A stretch of 64,000 bases of DNA from Deferribacterales bacterium (GTDB taxonomy: Bacteria; Chrysiogenota; Deferribacteres; Deferribacterales; Geovibrionaceae): positions 160,001 through 224,000 of the forward strand of contig JBFWMA010000004.1 in the NCBI GenBank assembly GCA_050251875.1, given 5' to 3'. The notes under the pieces were generated by a model. It was not told the DNA's origin. It worked only from the letters and a program-made list of their open reading frames with translations, and ran no database searches. Positions within the stretch are counted from its first letter, which is position 1. The number at the start of each line of letters is the position of its first letter. Made by a program: the position numbers and the translations under genes. Positions 50,493-60,111 of the stretch are shown here, piece after piece.

Positions 50493-52412
50493 CTAGCGCC
50501 CGATAATTTTAGAGAAGTGACGGCGGGTGGAGTCCTGTAATTTCCCCGCCACCTTGAACGCCTCTTTCAGAAGATCAGCCTCCTCCTCTGTCAGCTCGTC
50601 AGGGTCGAGGTAGTGGCTGGGCTCGTTTCCGGCTTCGATCATTTTTATCTCGTTTTTCAGGCGGAGATATGTAAACGACTCGAAAGCCGCCTTGATATGC
50701 TCCACAGTGGCTCGGTTGAATATATTCAGCTCCAGCAGTCTGTCCAGACGCTCCACCGTTGTTACGGCGTGTATGCCGTGCTCCAGCATGAACATCCGCA
50801 CACAGTCCACTATGAAGATGCTTCCGTTCTCTTTCAGCGACAGCCTGCCCTTGTGCTCCTTCTCACTGCTGGTGATGAATCTGCCCAGCAGGTTGATCGG
50901 TATCTTATGTTTATAGTCCAGCTCCATCATCTGAAACAGAAAGAGCGGGTTAGCCTTGATCTGCTGATGCACCATGTCCCTGAGGCTGACACAGAGCGAG
51001 CCGTCACCGCCTATGGGCATGAAATCGAAGAAAATGGATGAATACCTGACTCTCTGCGGTTCCGGAACTTTGATCCATGAAGAGACTCTCTCTTTCCACT
51101 CGCTCAGCCTTCCTCTCCAGAGGGGGTTGTTCGCCATCACCTTGCCGTGGCACAGGGGATAGCCTATGTGATCCAGAGCTTCTACCAGCCTCTCTGAGAA
51201 AGGCACGAAGAAGGCGTCCACGCTTTCTGACATTTCGTCAGGGAAATCGCCGTAAAGAAGCCCGTTGTCCTGATCGGGACCCAGAAGCATCTCTTTGCGC
51301 CCTCCGCTGCCCATTATTATGAAGCAGTGTCTGACATCCGGCATCTCATAGCCGGACTGGAGCATCTCTTTCAGTATTATTTCATAGCATCTTCTTATGA
51401 TGCTGTGATGCACATATGAGAGGATTTCCATGGTCTCTGTGTGGGAGCGGTTTTCGGAGAGGAGCATTTTCGCCACCTTCACCACTTCGGCTCTCACGGT
51501 CTTCAGCTCGTCTACAGTGACCGCCTCTTTCGCGCTGCCCACCAAAAGCATGGATTTCTGACTGCGGAACTTCATCAGATCCTGAAGCGATACGATGCCC
51601 TCTATGCTGTCGCCGTCCAGAATGGGCAGGTGGCGTATGCCGTGCCTCAGCATGAAGGTGACCGCCTCGTACATGAACGTATCCGGAGTCATATAATATG
51701 GGTCGAGGGTCATTATATCGTGCGCCGTGGAGTGTTTCAGGCAGTCCACAGTGTCTCTCGCCAGAACTTTTCTCACCAGATCCCTTTCGGTGACTATGCC
51801 GGCTATTTTGCCGTTGTCGTCTGTTATCACCACGGCGGCGATACCCGCCTCGGTCATCTTGACGGCGATATCCCTGACGGTGGTGTTCACGGAACACGTC
51901 TCCACCGGTTTTGACATTATCTCTTTCAGCTTTTTCTGAAAAGGATACGCCTCCATCTGCGCCACAGGATCCATGGAGTTGCGCTCCACCATATCCTGAT
52001 ACAGTTTTCTTATCTGAGAATATACGGCTTTGCTGAAATGATTTGATATCACCGGGTACTGGTTGGCGAGCCGAAGAAGCTCTTCCTTAGGAATAAGCAG
52101 ACAGACTGATTCCTCAGTGGTTTTCGCCCCCGCTGTGTAGTTTTCATTTGTAAATACCGGAGTCCAGCCGAAGAAACATCCCGCAGGGCGTGTGTCCACC
52201 ACCATTTCCACCGCTTCGGACGTTTCGGAAATGATCTCCACGCTCCCTTTCTGGATGTAGTAGAGATATCCGGACGGCGTGTCTTTCTGGGCGAAGATTA
52301 CTGTGTTCGCCGGATATGTGACTGATAACGATATGGATTCTATGAGGTTGGCATCCTCTTCAGGAATACGGTTGAATGGCACGCTGCTGTACAGCCGTGT
52401 GATTTCTGACAT
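50493..52412 (-). CDS. cNMP-binding/CBS/DUF294 nucleotidyltransferase-like signal transduction protein
   Basis: N-terminal cNMP fold, CBS pair (GIVTERDL, IRHLP), MGSGGRKE...DQDN, GKVMANNP.W, FFDF. Confidence 0.9.
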   Translation of the reverse strand: MSEITRLYSSVPFNRIPEEDANLIESISLSVTYPANTVIFAQKDTPSGYLYYIQKGSVEIISETSEAVEMVVDTRPAGCFFGWTPVFTNENYTAGAKTTEESVCLLIPKEELLRLANQYPVISNHFSKAVYSQIRKLYQDMVERNSMDPVAQMEAYPFQKKLKEIMSKPVETCSVNTTVRDIAVKMTEAGIAAVVITDDNGKIAGIVTERDLVRKVLARDTVDCLKHSTAHDIMTLDPYYMTPDTFMYEAVTFMLRHGIRHLPILDGDSIEGIVSLQDLMKFRSQKSMLLVGSAKEAVTVDELKTVRAEVVKVAKMLLSENRSHTETMEILSYVHHSIIRRCYEIILKEMLQSGYEMPDVRHCFIIMGSGGRKEMLLGPDQDNGLLYGDFPDEMSESVDAFFVPFSERLVEALDHIGYPLCHGKVMANNPLWRGRLSEWKERVSSWIKVPEPQRVRYSSIFFDFMPIGGDGSLCVSLRDMVHQQIKANPLFLFQMMELDYKHKIPINLLGRFITSSEKEHKGRLSLKENGSIFIVDCVRMFMLEHGIHAVTTVERLDRLLELNIFNRATVEHIKAAFESFTYLRLKNEIKMIEAGNEPSHYLDPDELTEEEADLLKEAFKVAGKLQDSTRRHFSKIIGR

Positions 52413-52449
52413 ATCTTACCCCGGTTGATCAGTAATAAAACATTATATC

Positions 52450-52472
52450 AAAAAAAGTCTCCCTCAGGAGAC
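52450..52472 (-). terminator. Intrinsic terminator
   Basis: GTCTCC-N4-GGAGAC followed by T7 on the minus strand. Confidence 0.65.
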
Positions 52473-52518
52473 AATTTTTGATATAAGGATAGGGAGTTGA
52501 AATGTTTTGTAATAAAAC

Positions 52519-52890
52519 TTAATTTGCCCCGGCTTCCCTCTTCTTTCTTCCGAAGATGAAGGGATGCGCCTGCTGGCGGAGAATGATGTCGGCGAATATC
52601 TTGCACCAGATAGTGCTGCCCGCTATGGCCGACCATTTTTCATATGGATAGCCCAGAGCTACAACGCCGATGATGGTCCAGAGTGCCGCCAGAGCCGCCA
52701 GAAGGTTGATAGTTCCGGCGAAAGGAGCCCATTTTCTGGGATTAGCGGGGGATTTGCCCTTTTTCAGCGCCACTTCTGAGTAGTCGCCTTGAGCAAAAAT
52801 TCTCCAGGCTCTGCGCCCCCAGTAAAATACCATCGGGAAAAGAGCCAGAAAAAGTACCCATGTTAATATAAGACTTAAATCGAATTTCAT
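52519..52890 (-). CDS. Hypothetical membrane protein (actP-associated)
   Basis: Two to three TM segments; GAGGGG RBS before ATG 52890; downstream of actP. Confidence 0.75.
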   Translation of the reverse strand: MKFDLSLILTWVLFLALFPMVFYWGRRAWRIFAQGDYSEVALKKGKSPANPRKWAPFAGTINLLAALAALWTIIGVVALGYPYEKWSAIAGSTIWCKIFADIILRQQAHPFIFGRKKREAGAN

Positions 52891-52918
52891 CTTCAACCCC
52901 TCAGCGAAAAATATATGA

Positions 52919-52950
52919 TGAAGCCCCGCATGACTGCGAGCGGGGCTTCA
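52919..52950. terminator. Strong hairpin after actP (terminator or mRNA-stabilising stem)
   Basis: TGAAGCCCCGC-N10-GCGGGGCTTCA. Confidence 0.6.
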
Positions 52951-52959
52951 TGCAGAATG

Positions 52960-54765
52960 TTAGTGACCTGCGACTGCGTCGCCTGCGCCTTTAGGTATAC
53001 GCACGCTCTCTACCATCTCGGCTATGTGGTGAGGAACGGGGGGAGTCATGTTCTTCACTGCGAAGGCAACCGCGAAGTTAATCACAGCGCCGATCGCTCC
53101 GAAAGCGTTAGGCGAAATACCGAAGAAGAAATCTTTACCGCCGAACAGCTGATAGTATTCTGTACCTTTGATATAGAATATACCTGTGTGGGCGAACACA
53201 TAGAACATTGTGACTACGAGTCCGGCTATCATACCGGCCACGGCGCCCTGTCTGTTCATTGTTTTGCTGAAAATTCCCATCATCAGAGCGGGGAAAATTG
53301 ATGATGCCGCCAGACCAAAAGCGATGGCAACTGTACCAGCCGCGAAGTCAGGAGGATTCATACCCAAATAACCGGCACCCACGATGGCTACTGACATTGC
53401 GATACGTCCTGCCATCAGCTCGCCTTTCTCTGTGAGATCCTTCATCATCATGTTCTTCAGAAGGTCGTGAGAAATAGCGGAGGCTATCGCCAGAAGGAGA
53501 CCGGCCGCTGTGGAGAGAGCCGCAGCGAGACCGCCGGCAGCCACGAGGGCGATTACCCAGTTGGGAAGTTTGGCTATTTCAGGGTTAGCGAGAACCATGA
53601 TATCGTTGTTAACTGTAAGCTCGCTGCCTTTCCAGCCTGCTGCGTCAGCCTTGGCGAGGAATTCAGCGTTGGATGATTTGTCGTTGTAATACTGGATACG
53701 TCCATCGCCGTTCTTGTCTTCGAACTTCAGAAGTCCGGTAACTTCCCAGCGCTTCATCCAGTCGGGACGTGAGTCGTATTTTATGCTGGCGTCTTCGGCG
53801 AAGACGTCACCGCCGGATTTAACGGCTGTGTTGATAGTGTCGTGAAGGTTCAGACGAGCCATAGCGGCAACAGCGGGAGCTGTTGTGTAGAGGATGGCAA
53901 TGAAAACCAGAGCCCAGCCGGCTGATGAACGGGCGTCTTTTACCTTAGGCACTGTGAAGAAACGGATGATAACGTGGGGCAGACCCGCTGTACCTATCAT
54001 CAGTGACACAGTGTATGCGAACATGTTCAGCTTGCTTCCCGGAACGGCTGTGGTGTACTTGCCGAAGCCGAGGTCGTTGATAATGTGATCCAGCTTAGTA
54101 AGCAGATACATATCGGAACCGGAAAAATGTGATCCGAGACCGAGCTGGGGAACAGGGTTGCCTGTGAGCTGGAAAGAGATGAATATAGCGGGGATGGTAT
54201 ACGCAAGGATCAGTACGCAGAACTGAGCAACCTGTGTATATGTGATTCCCTTCATGCCGCCGAAAACCGCGTACACGAAAACTATACCCATACCGATGAT
54301 AACACCCATGTCGCTGGAAACACCGAGGAAACGGGAGAAAGCGACACCAACACCGGTCATCTGACCGATGATGTATGTGGTGGAAGCGACCAGAAGACAG
54401 ATAACAGCAACAACTGTAGCTGTGTTTGAGTAATAACGGGCTTTAAAGAAATCCGGTACGGTAAATTTTCCGAACTTTCTAAGATAAGGAGCAAGAAGCA
54501 TGGCAAGCAGAACGTATCCGCCTGTCCAACCCATCAAAAACAATGCGCCGCCGTAACCCATATATCCGATAAGACCGGCCATAGAAATGAAAGAAGCCGC
54601 AGACATCCAGTCCGCACCTGTCGCCATACCGTTCAGAACGGGGTGAACACCGCCGCCGGCGACATAGAATTCTTTTGTGCTGCCCGCTCGTGCCCAGAAG
54701 GCGATTCCGAGGTAAAGGGCGAATGTTAAACCGACAACAAGATATGTCATTGCCTGTAAGCTCAT
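52960..54765 (-). CDS. actP: Cation/acetate symporter (sodium:solute symporter family)
   Basis: NGMATGADWMSAASF, GKFTVPDF, GGMKGIT.TQV, GTAGLPHVIIRFFTVP, AAALST. Confidence 0.88.
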   Translation of the reverse strand: MSLQAMTYLVVGLTFALYLGIAFWARAGSTKEFYVAGGGVHPVLNGMATGADWMSAASFISMAGLIGYMGYGGALFLMGWTGGYVLLAMLLAPYLRKFGKFTVPDFFKARYYSNTATVVAVICLLVASTTYIIGQMTGVGVAFSRFLGVSSDMGVIIGMGIVFVYAVFGGMKGITYTQVAQFCVLILAYTIPAIFISFQLTGNPVPQLGLGSHFSGSDMYLLTKLDHIINDLGFGKYTTAVPGSKLNMFAYTVSLMIGTAGLPHVIIRFFTVPKVKDARSSAGWALVFIAILYTTAPAVAAMARLNLHDTINTAVKSGGDVFAEDASIKYDSRPDWMKRWEVTGLLKFEDKNGDGRIQYYNDKSSNAEFLAKADAAGWKGSELTVNNDIMVLANPEIAKLPNWVIALVAAGGLAAALSTAAGLLLAIASAISHDLLKNMMMKDLTEKGELMAGRIAMSVAIVGAGYLGMNPPDFAAGTVAIAFGLAASSIFPALMMGIFSKTMNRQGAVAGMIAGLVVTMFYVFAHTGIFYIKGTEYYQLFGGKDFFFGISPNAFGAIGAVINFAVAFAVKNMTPPVPHHIAEMVESVRIPKGAGDAVAGH

Positions 54766-54775
54766 CGTGTCCTCC

Positions 54776-55027
54776 TTATTCTTCTACGTCAAACTCTTTG
54801 TCTATCTTTCCTATCAACTTAGCGTATACGAAGATAAGAACGACAAAGATATAAATTGAACCCTGCTGAGCAAACCAGAAGCCCAGCGGATAGCCGCCCA
54901 GCTTGATGTTGTCCAGCGCACCCGCAAACATGATCCCCGCTCCGTAGGAGCAAATGAACCACACGATGAGGACGTTGCGGATTAATCCTAAAACTTTTTT
55001 CCAGTAAAGTTCCTGTGACTTTTCCAT
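54776..55027 (-). CDS. DUF4212-like small membrane subunit of solute symporter
   Basis: YW, VWF..S.G, GYPLGFWFAQQGSI; directly upstream of actP. Confidence 0.88.
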   Translation of the reverse strand: MEKSQELYWKKVLGLIRNVLIVWFICSYGAGIMFAGALDNIKLGGYPLGFWFAQQGSIYIFVVLIFVYAKLIGKIDKEFDVEE

Positions 55028-55765
55028 AAGAAAACACCTCATTAAGATTTTTCGACTGAGCCGTTTAACGGCGTAGAACCCCTTTGAGCCTCCCGGAGTT
55101 CTGCGTTCGGTTATTAGCTTCAGTGGTTTGCGGGACTTAAGTTAACAATTTATAATACATATTCCTCAAACCACTCATCCTTTATGCTGTGAGAATAGTA
55201 CATTGTTTTAATAAAGTCAACAGAATATTATCTTGTTACTTCATAGTGTTATGATAGATAATTATTGTATTATCTATAATGTACTTATCTTTATATGTAA
55301 GATATATATTATATTTTTATTTTCAATGAAAAAACATGGTTAATCTCAGTTGAACATTTTGTCGGATAATTAATAAATATTACTCTGAATACATCTCTTA
55401 TGTATGGCATATTGAATAACTCCATAAAAAGATAAATATTATTAGTATATTAATTTCTATAGTAGTTTTTTAACAAAGGTTTTTCATGGTTGCCTGATAC
55501 TTTAATTTACCATAAATAATGTGATGAAATACATAAGACTTGGGTTGTTTTATTATAAAAAAATAATTTTGAGGCGTGTTTCTGGTATAACAGCGGTGCT
55601 AGTTTTCGGGCATATGTTTGTCTTTCAAGGGCTTATAAAGTTAACAGAGGATTGAGCGTTGTAGATGTGTAAAGAAAATACCCATTATGTGGGTATTGTA
55701 TTAATTGCTGTGGCAGGTAGAATCAGATATTATTTGTTTGATCCGGGATACAGTTTTTCAAATAT

Positions 55766-55797
55766 AAAAAGAGCGTGGAGCGATCCGCGCTTTTTTA
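55766..55797. terminator. Bidirectional-looking terminator after the response regulator
   Basis: A5-GAGCGTGGA-GCGA-TCCGCGCTT-T-run. Confidence 0.7.
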
Positions 55798-56442
55798 TAT
55801 TATAGTCATCTTCTTCGCTTTTAAGAGCGCTTCGCCTTTCGAATTCACATGGAGCTTGGTGTATATCTGTTTCAGGTGGGTGTGCACCGTGTGTCTGCTG
55901 ATGTTCAGTTTGTCCGCTATCTGCTGATATGTATACCCCTCGTCAGCCATAGTGAGTATCTCTATCTCTCTGGATGACAGTCCGCTCTGTTCCGGCGGCT
56001 GGGGCATACTGCGGAAGAAGGACAGCACCTTCCGGGCTATTTTGGGACTCATGGATACTTCGCCCCCGCATATCTTTTCCAGATGGGAGAAGAACTCTGA
56101 CGGGCTCGATCCCTTCAGGGCATATCCGGAAGCTCCGGCTTTCAGAGCATCGAAAACCTTGTCGCTGCCGTCGTGTATGGTATGCACCAGAATCTGAGCA
56201 TCGGGATATTTTACTGCGCAGTAGTTTATTACGTCTATTCCGTTCTTCACGGAATCCAGATCAATGTCCACTATCAGAACGTCCGGTTCGCCCTTTTCCA
56301 GAAGCGCCACAGCATCATCGTATCCTGCCGCGGTACCGAACCATTCGAAACCGGATGAGGCCGTTATCATCATTTCCAGCAGTTTTGACTGGCTCTCGTT
56401 GTCCTCAACAATCATGATCCTGTTCGGTCTGCCTGGAGTCAT
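55795..56442 (-). CDS. NarL/LuxR-family response regulator
   Basis: IVED, VDIDL, GASGY.LK, C-terminal LSSREIEIL...IADKLNIS..TV.TH...IY.KL. Confidence 0.93.
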   Translation of the reverse strand: MTPGRPNRIMIVEDNESQSKLLEMMITASSGFEWFGTAAGYDDAVALLEKGEPDVLIVDIDLDSVKNGIDVINYCAVKYPDAQILVHTIHDGSDKVFDALKAGASGYALKGSSPSEFFSHLEKICGGEVSMSPKIARKVLSFFRSMPQPPEQSGLSSREIEILTMADEGYTYQQIADKLNISRHTVHTHLKQIYTKLHVNSKGEALLKAKKMTII

Positions 56443-56444
56443 TT

Positions 56445-58088
56445 TCAAACCTCAAAAGGGATAACGGCGGATATCTGTGTTCCGTCAGCGTTTTTTATAT
56501 TTACTGTGCCGCCTATGGAGTTTATGCGGCGGTACATGCTCTTTATGCCTCTGCCCCGCCTGCTCTCCGGGTCGAACCCCACTCCGTTGTCGGCGATAAT
56601 GATATTTATGCCGGCGGAGGACAATGAGATATTCGCTGATATCTCGGTGGCGGATGAGTGCTTCACAGAGTTGATTACACACTCTTTAAAGAATCTTACA
56701 ATATTAAGATAATTTTTAAAAGGCATCTCGGGATAATTTTCTATCCTGTCTGATGATATGTAAAAGCTGATTCCTGAACCTTCCGTCAGAATATTGCCCA
56801 GATGGCGCAGATCACTCACGAAGTCTTTTATAGACGGATTATTCTTTTCATAGGCGTTCATCAGAAATCTGATCTCTTTTGACGTGTCCACAGATATTTC
56901 GAATATCTGATCCAGAGCCGCCTTCGCCTCGCTGAGGGAGTTTATCTCCTGAGACGCCAGCATGCCTATTATCGTCACGTTGCCGGAAACGCTGTCGTGG
57001 ATGTCTCCGGTGATTATGTTTTTGTGCTCCAGCATCTCGTTTTCGTGTCTTATCATGTCCAGTTTTTTATGAACGGTGATATCCGTGGCATAAGCCATGT
57101 ATCCGTCAACGTTTCTGCCGCTGTCTGATATTATCATCAGGCTGACGTTGAACACCTTGTCGAACTCCGGATATTCCAGCATCCTGTCCATAGGTCTTCC
57201 GTATTCCAGATCATTGAGGTCGAACCTCAGCTTTTTGCACAGCGACTGGATATTGGCGACATCGCTGTCGTCCGGGAGCAGTGTTTTGGAGTATGATGTC
57301 CTTTCGCTCAGCTTGCCGGAGCTGTCATATATTATAACGGCTGACTTGATGAGATCCAGCACGGCGTTTTTGGCTATGGGGACTACATCGAACAGATGAT
57401 ATTTGTGTATCAGAACGAAATAGATCACCATGGTGAAGCCTGCGGCGAACGGATAGGTATCTATCAGAGTGCTTTTCAGGATGAGCGGAACACCGCCCAG
57501 AAGTGACGCCATGATGCCTATTATCATCATTCCGTACTGTATCCTGCCCGATCTGCCTGTGTTTATGAAAGAGGCGGCGAACATCATTATGGAGATGATG
57601 GTTGGCAGGTAAAGACTCCATATATATATGGTGGTGAACCATATTCCGAAGTTAGGGTTCATCATGTAAAAGGTGTCGGATATCTTAATCATAGTGACGG
57701 ATGATCTGAAAATATGCAGATAGCTGTCGGACCAGATGACTGTTATGTTCGCTATGGCGGTCAGCACCATTATTATGTTGAACGCTTTATGTGGGAGCCT
57801 CCTGTTAGTCATCATACAGGTGATCCACACCCACACGGCGGGGGCGAAACACACTGAGGTGACTTTCACGTTTGCCCAGAAGATTTTATTATCCAGAGTC
57901 AGCGACATGGTTTGCAGAAGATACGCGGCGGAATATATCCATGTCAGCACAGCGTATGCGCTGAAAAGCCTGTATATCGGTCTGTCCAGACGCTTGAAAG
58001 CGGCGACAGATGTAGAGGTGATGAGTCCTATAATGAAAATAAGTGATAGTGAAAGTATGTTGATGGAGTACGCGCTTAAGTCAAACAT
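56445..58088 (-). CDS. Membrane sensor histidine kinase (7TM input, HisKA_3-type)
   Basis: About 7 N-terminal TMs, DIHDSVS H-box, ECVINSVKHS, DNGVGF, GRGIKSM. Confidence 0.9.
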   Translation of the reverse strand: MFDLSAYSINILSLSLIFIIGLITSTSVAAFKRLDRPIYRLFSAYAVLTWIYSAAYLLQTMSLTLDNKIFWANVKVTSVCFAPAVWVWITCMMTNRRLPHKAFNIIMVLTAIANITVIWSDSYLHIFRSSVTMIKISDTFYMMNPNFGIWFTTIYIWSLYLPTIISIMMFAASFINTGRSGRIQYGMMIIGIMASLLGGVPLILKSTLIDTYPFAAGFTMVIYFVLIHKYHLFDVVPIAKNAVLDLIKSAVIIYDSSGKLSERTSYSKTLLPDDSDVANIQSLCKKLRFDLNDLEYGRPMDRMLEYPEFDKVFNVSLMIISDSGRNVDGYMAYATDITVHKKLDMIRHENEMLEHKNIITGDIHDSVSGNVTIIGMLASQEINSLSEAKAALDQIFEISVDTSKEIRFLMNAYEKNNPSIKDFVSDLRHLGNILTEGSGISFYISSDRIENYPEMPFKNYLNIVRFFKECVINSVKHSSATEISANISLSSAGINIIIADNGVGFDPESRRGRGIKSMYRRINSIGGTVNIKNADGTQISAVIPFEV

Positions 58089-58159
58089 TTCCTAAGTATA
58101 CTCTATGACACGGAAAAATCAATTTATTCGGCAGGATAATAAACCGGAATCTGAATAGT

Positions 58160-58185
58160 AAAAGGCTCCGGAATAACCGGAGCCT
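58160..58185 (-). terminator. Intrinsic terminator closing the cytochrome-NrfC-NrfD operon
   Basis: AGGCTCCGG-N5-CCGGAGCCT followed by a T-run on the minus strand. Confidence 0.7.
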
Positions 58186-58199
58186 CTTGAGGTGATATA

Positions 58200-59396
58200 T
58201 TAATGCGTATCTGTTTCCATATTCAGGAACTTTTCCGCCGCGAAATACAGCAGAAAGAAAACACCGAATCCGAACAGATAGATAAGCCATTCACCGAGTG
58301 AGGGGCTGTAGTTTGTCAGGGCAACATAATCTGTGATGATGCCTGATCCGAAGAAGCCGCCTCTCATAGGGGGAAGCTGTCCGGCAATAACGAAATCATA
58401 TCTGGTGAAGAACAGACCGATAAGATAAATCAGTCCTGCCAGCGCCAGTCTGCCGGGTTTTCCTTTCGCTGTGATAATCAGCAGAAGAGGGATGATAACC
58501 GCCAGAAGTATTTCGCCTATCCAGAAGTTAGCGCTCATGGGTCCTTTTATCAGAGCCACAGCGGAAGCGTATCCGTCACCGCCGCCGGGGAATACTGATG
58601 AAAGCATTTTCCACAGATAGAGGAACATCATAACCCCGATAGCTCCGCCCATCAGTTTTCCAAGTGAGGCTGTGGCTGTTTTCACTCTCTCGGGCATGTT
58701 GCCTTTGAAAACGATGTAATGCACCAGCATCAGAAGAGCCGCTCCGGCGGCGATTCCTGAAACCACGAGGAAAGTGGAGAAGTATATGCCTCTGTACCAT
58801 TGTCTGGCGCCGATAGAACCGAAGACATAGCCCAGGTTGCTGGTGGCGAGAACGCCCACCAGAAGAGCGAAGAATCCTGTCACAGCGGCGAGTTTATGGT
58901 CCCTGGCTGTCTGGTTCGGTTTGAAGACCAGATACAGCTCGAAGGCGAGTATAGCCAGCTCAATGCCATAGAACATACCCATCCAGAAGATAGGGGCAGC
59001 CAGGTTAGGCGTGAGCATCATGTGTATCATCTTAAGGGGATTGCCCAGCTCCATAAGGATCTGAGTGAATCCGGCGAGCAGAACCACGGTAGCCATGACG
59101 ACTATGCGTTTGGCTATGGGCTCATACTGTTTGAATCCGAAAGCGTGAGCCAGACCGCCGATAAAGGCTATTCCTGTGGATGTAATGACAAAATAGGCGT
59201 ATGTGGCGATCAGAAGACCCCATGAGATCTGTCTGGTGACGCCGTATACCGCATCGTGTCCTTTTACAAAAACAGTGATGATGGCCGCTCCGCCCACAGC
59301 GCACAGCAGAAGTCCCAGCACGATGAAGGGTATGGCAGGTATCTGCCTGTTGTAGGTAAAAAACGAGGCGGATTTAGTCTCTGTATATTCTGACAT
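58200..59396 (-). CDS. NrfD/PsrC-family quinone-interacting membrane anchor
   Basis: SWGLLIATYAYF, ELGNP, PN..APIFWM, FW, RYDFVIAGQ, YSPS..EW; about 10 TM segments. Confidence 0.88.
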   Translation of the reverse strand: MSEYTETKSASFFTYNRQIPAIPFIVLGLLLCAVGGAAIITVFVKGHDAVYGVTRQISWGLLIATYAYFVITSTGIAFIGGLAHAFGFKQYEPIAKRIVVMATVVLLAGFTQILMELGNPLKMIHMMLTPNLAAPIFWMGMFYGIELAILAFELYLVFKPNQTARDHKLAAVTGFFALLVGVLATSNLGYVFGSIGARQWYRGIYFSTFLVVSGIAAGAALLMLVHYIVFKGNMPERVKTATASLGKLMGGAIGVMMFLYLWKMLSSVFPGGGDGYASAVALIKGPMSANFWIGEILLAVIIPLLLIITAKGKPGRLALAGLIYLIGLFFTRYDFVIAGQLPPMRGGFFGSGIITDYVALTNYSPSLGEWLIYLFGFGVFFLLYFAAEKFLNMETDTH

Positions 59397-59409
59397 TTGT
59401 CATAACCTC

Positions 59410-60111
59410 CTATACGCCCTGAGTGTAGAACACATTGGGAAGTGTTCCCTCTTCAGGTTTCAGCATGTGGTAGGAAACCGCTTTTTTCAGAAGCTGATAG
59501 GCTTCGGAGCTGTGATCGTTGAGATCTCCGAAAATTCTCGCTCCTTTGTAGCAGGATTCCACGCATGCCGGTTTTTTGCCCTGAGCCAGTCTGGGCTGGC
59601 AGAAGGTGCATTTGTCCACTGAGTGCTTCTCATCGCTGTAGTAGCGTGCCTCATAGGGACATGCGATCATACATGTTTTGCATCCGATGCATTTATCCGG
59701 CTCCACAAGAATGATGCCGTCTTCGGGTCTTTTGTAGCTGGCTCTGGTGGGACATACCTTAACACAGGGGGCGTTGTCGCACTGGTTGCACAGCACGGGG
59801 AGCCATGTCATCAGACTGTCGAAACTCTGAGCCTCTGCTCCGTACAGAACTTTTGTCCTGTACTGTTCCGGGTCTTCTTTCGGTATGTGCCATTCGGTTT
59901 TGCAGGCAACCTCACAGGCTCTGCACCCTATACATCTGTCCTGAACGATAATCATGGCATAGTTATGCACCTTTTCGGGCTTGCCCTGTTTAACAGTGTT
60001 CAGCGGTGTATACTGGTCGTTTTCATTAAATATCATGGGCAGGGGCAGAAAGGAAAAAACGGTCAGAGTGCCCATACCCTTTAAAAAAAAGCGTCTTTTT
60101 ATCATGATCAT
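59410..60111 (-). CDS. Four-cluster 4Fe-4S protein (NrfC/PsrB/DmsB-like) with a Tat-like leader
   Basis: KRRFFLK; CIGCRACEVAC, CNQCDNAPCVKVC, CIGCKTCMIAC, CTFC..PACVESC. Confidence 0.92.
   Translation of the reverse strand: MIMIKRRFFLKGMGTLTVFSFLPLPMIFNENDQYTPLNTVKQGKPEKVHNYAMIIVQDRCIGCRACEVACKTEWHIPKEDPEQYRTKVLYGAEAQSFDSLMTWLPVLCNQCDNAPCVKVCPTRASYKRPEDGIILVEPDKCIGCKTCMIACPYEARYYSDEKHSVDKCTFCQPRLAQGKKPACVESCYKGARIFGDLNDHSSEAYQLLKKAVSYHMLKPEEGTLPNVFYTQGV

Noticed and set aside
55080..55135. Resemblance to a c-di-GMP-I riboswitch (GCAAACC...ACGCA on the minus strand)
   Set aside because: The GNRA-capped first stem and the receptor motif cannot be formed; kept only as an unclassified structured leader.
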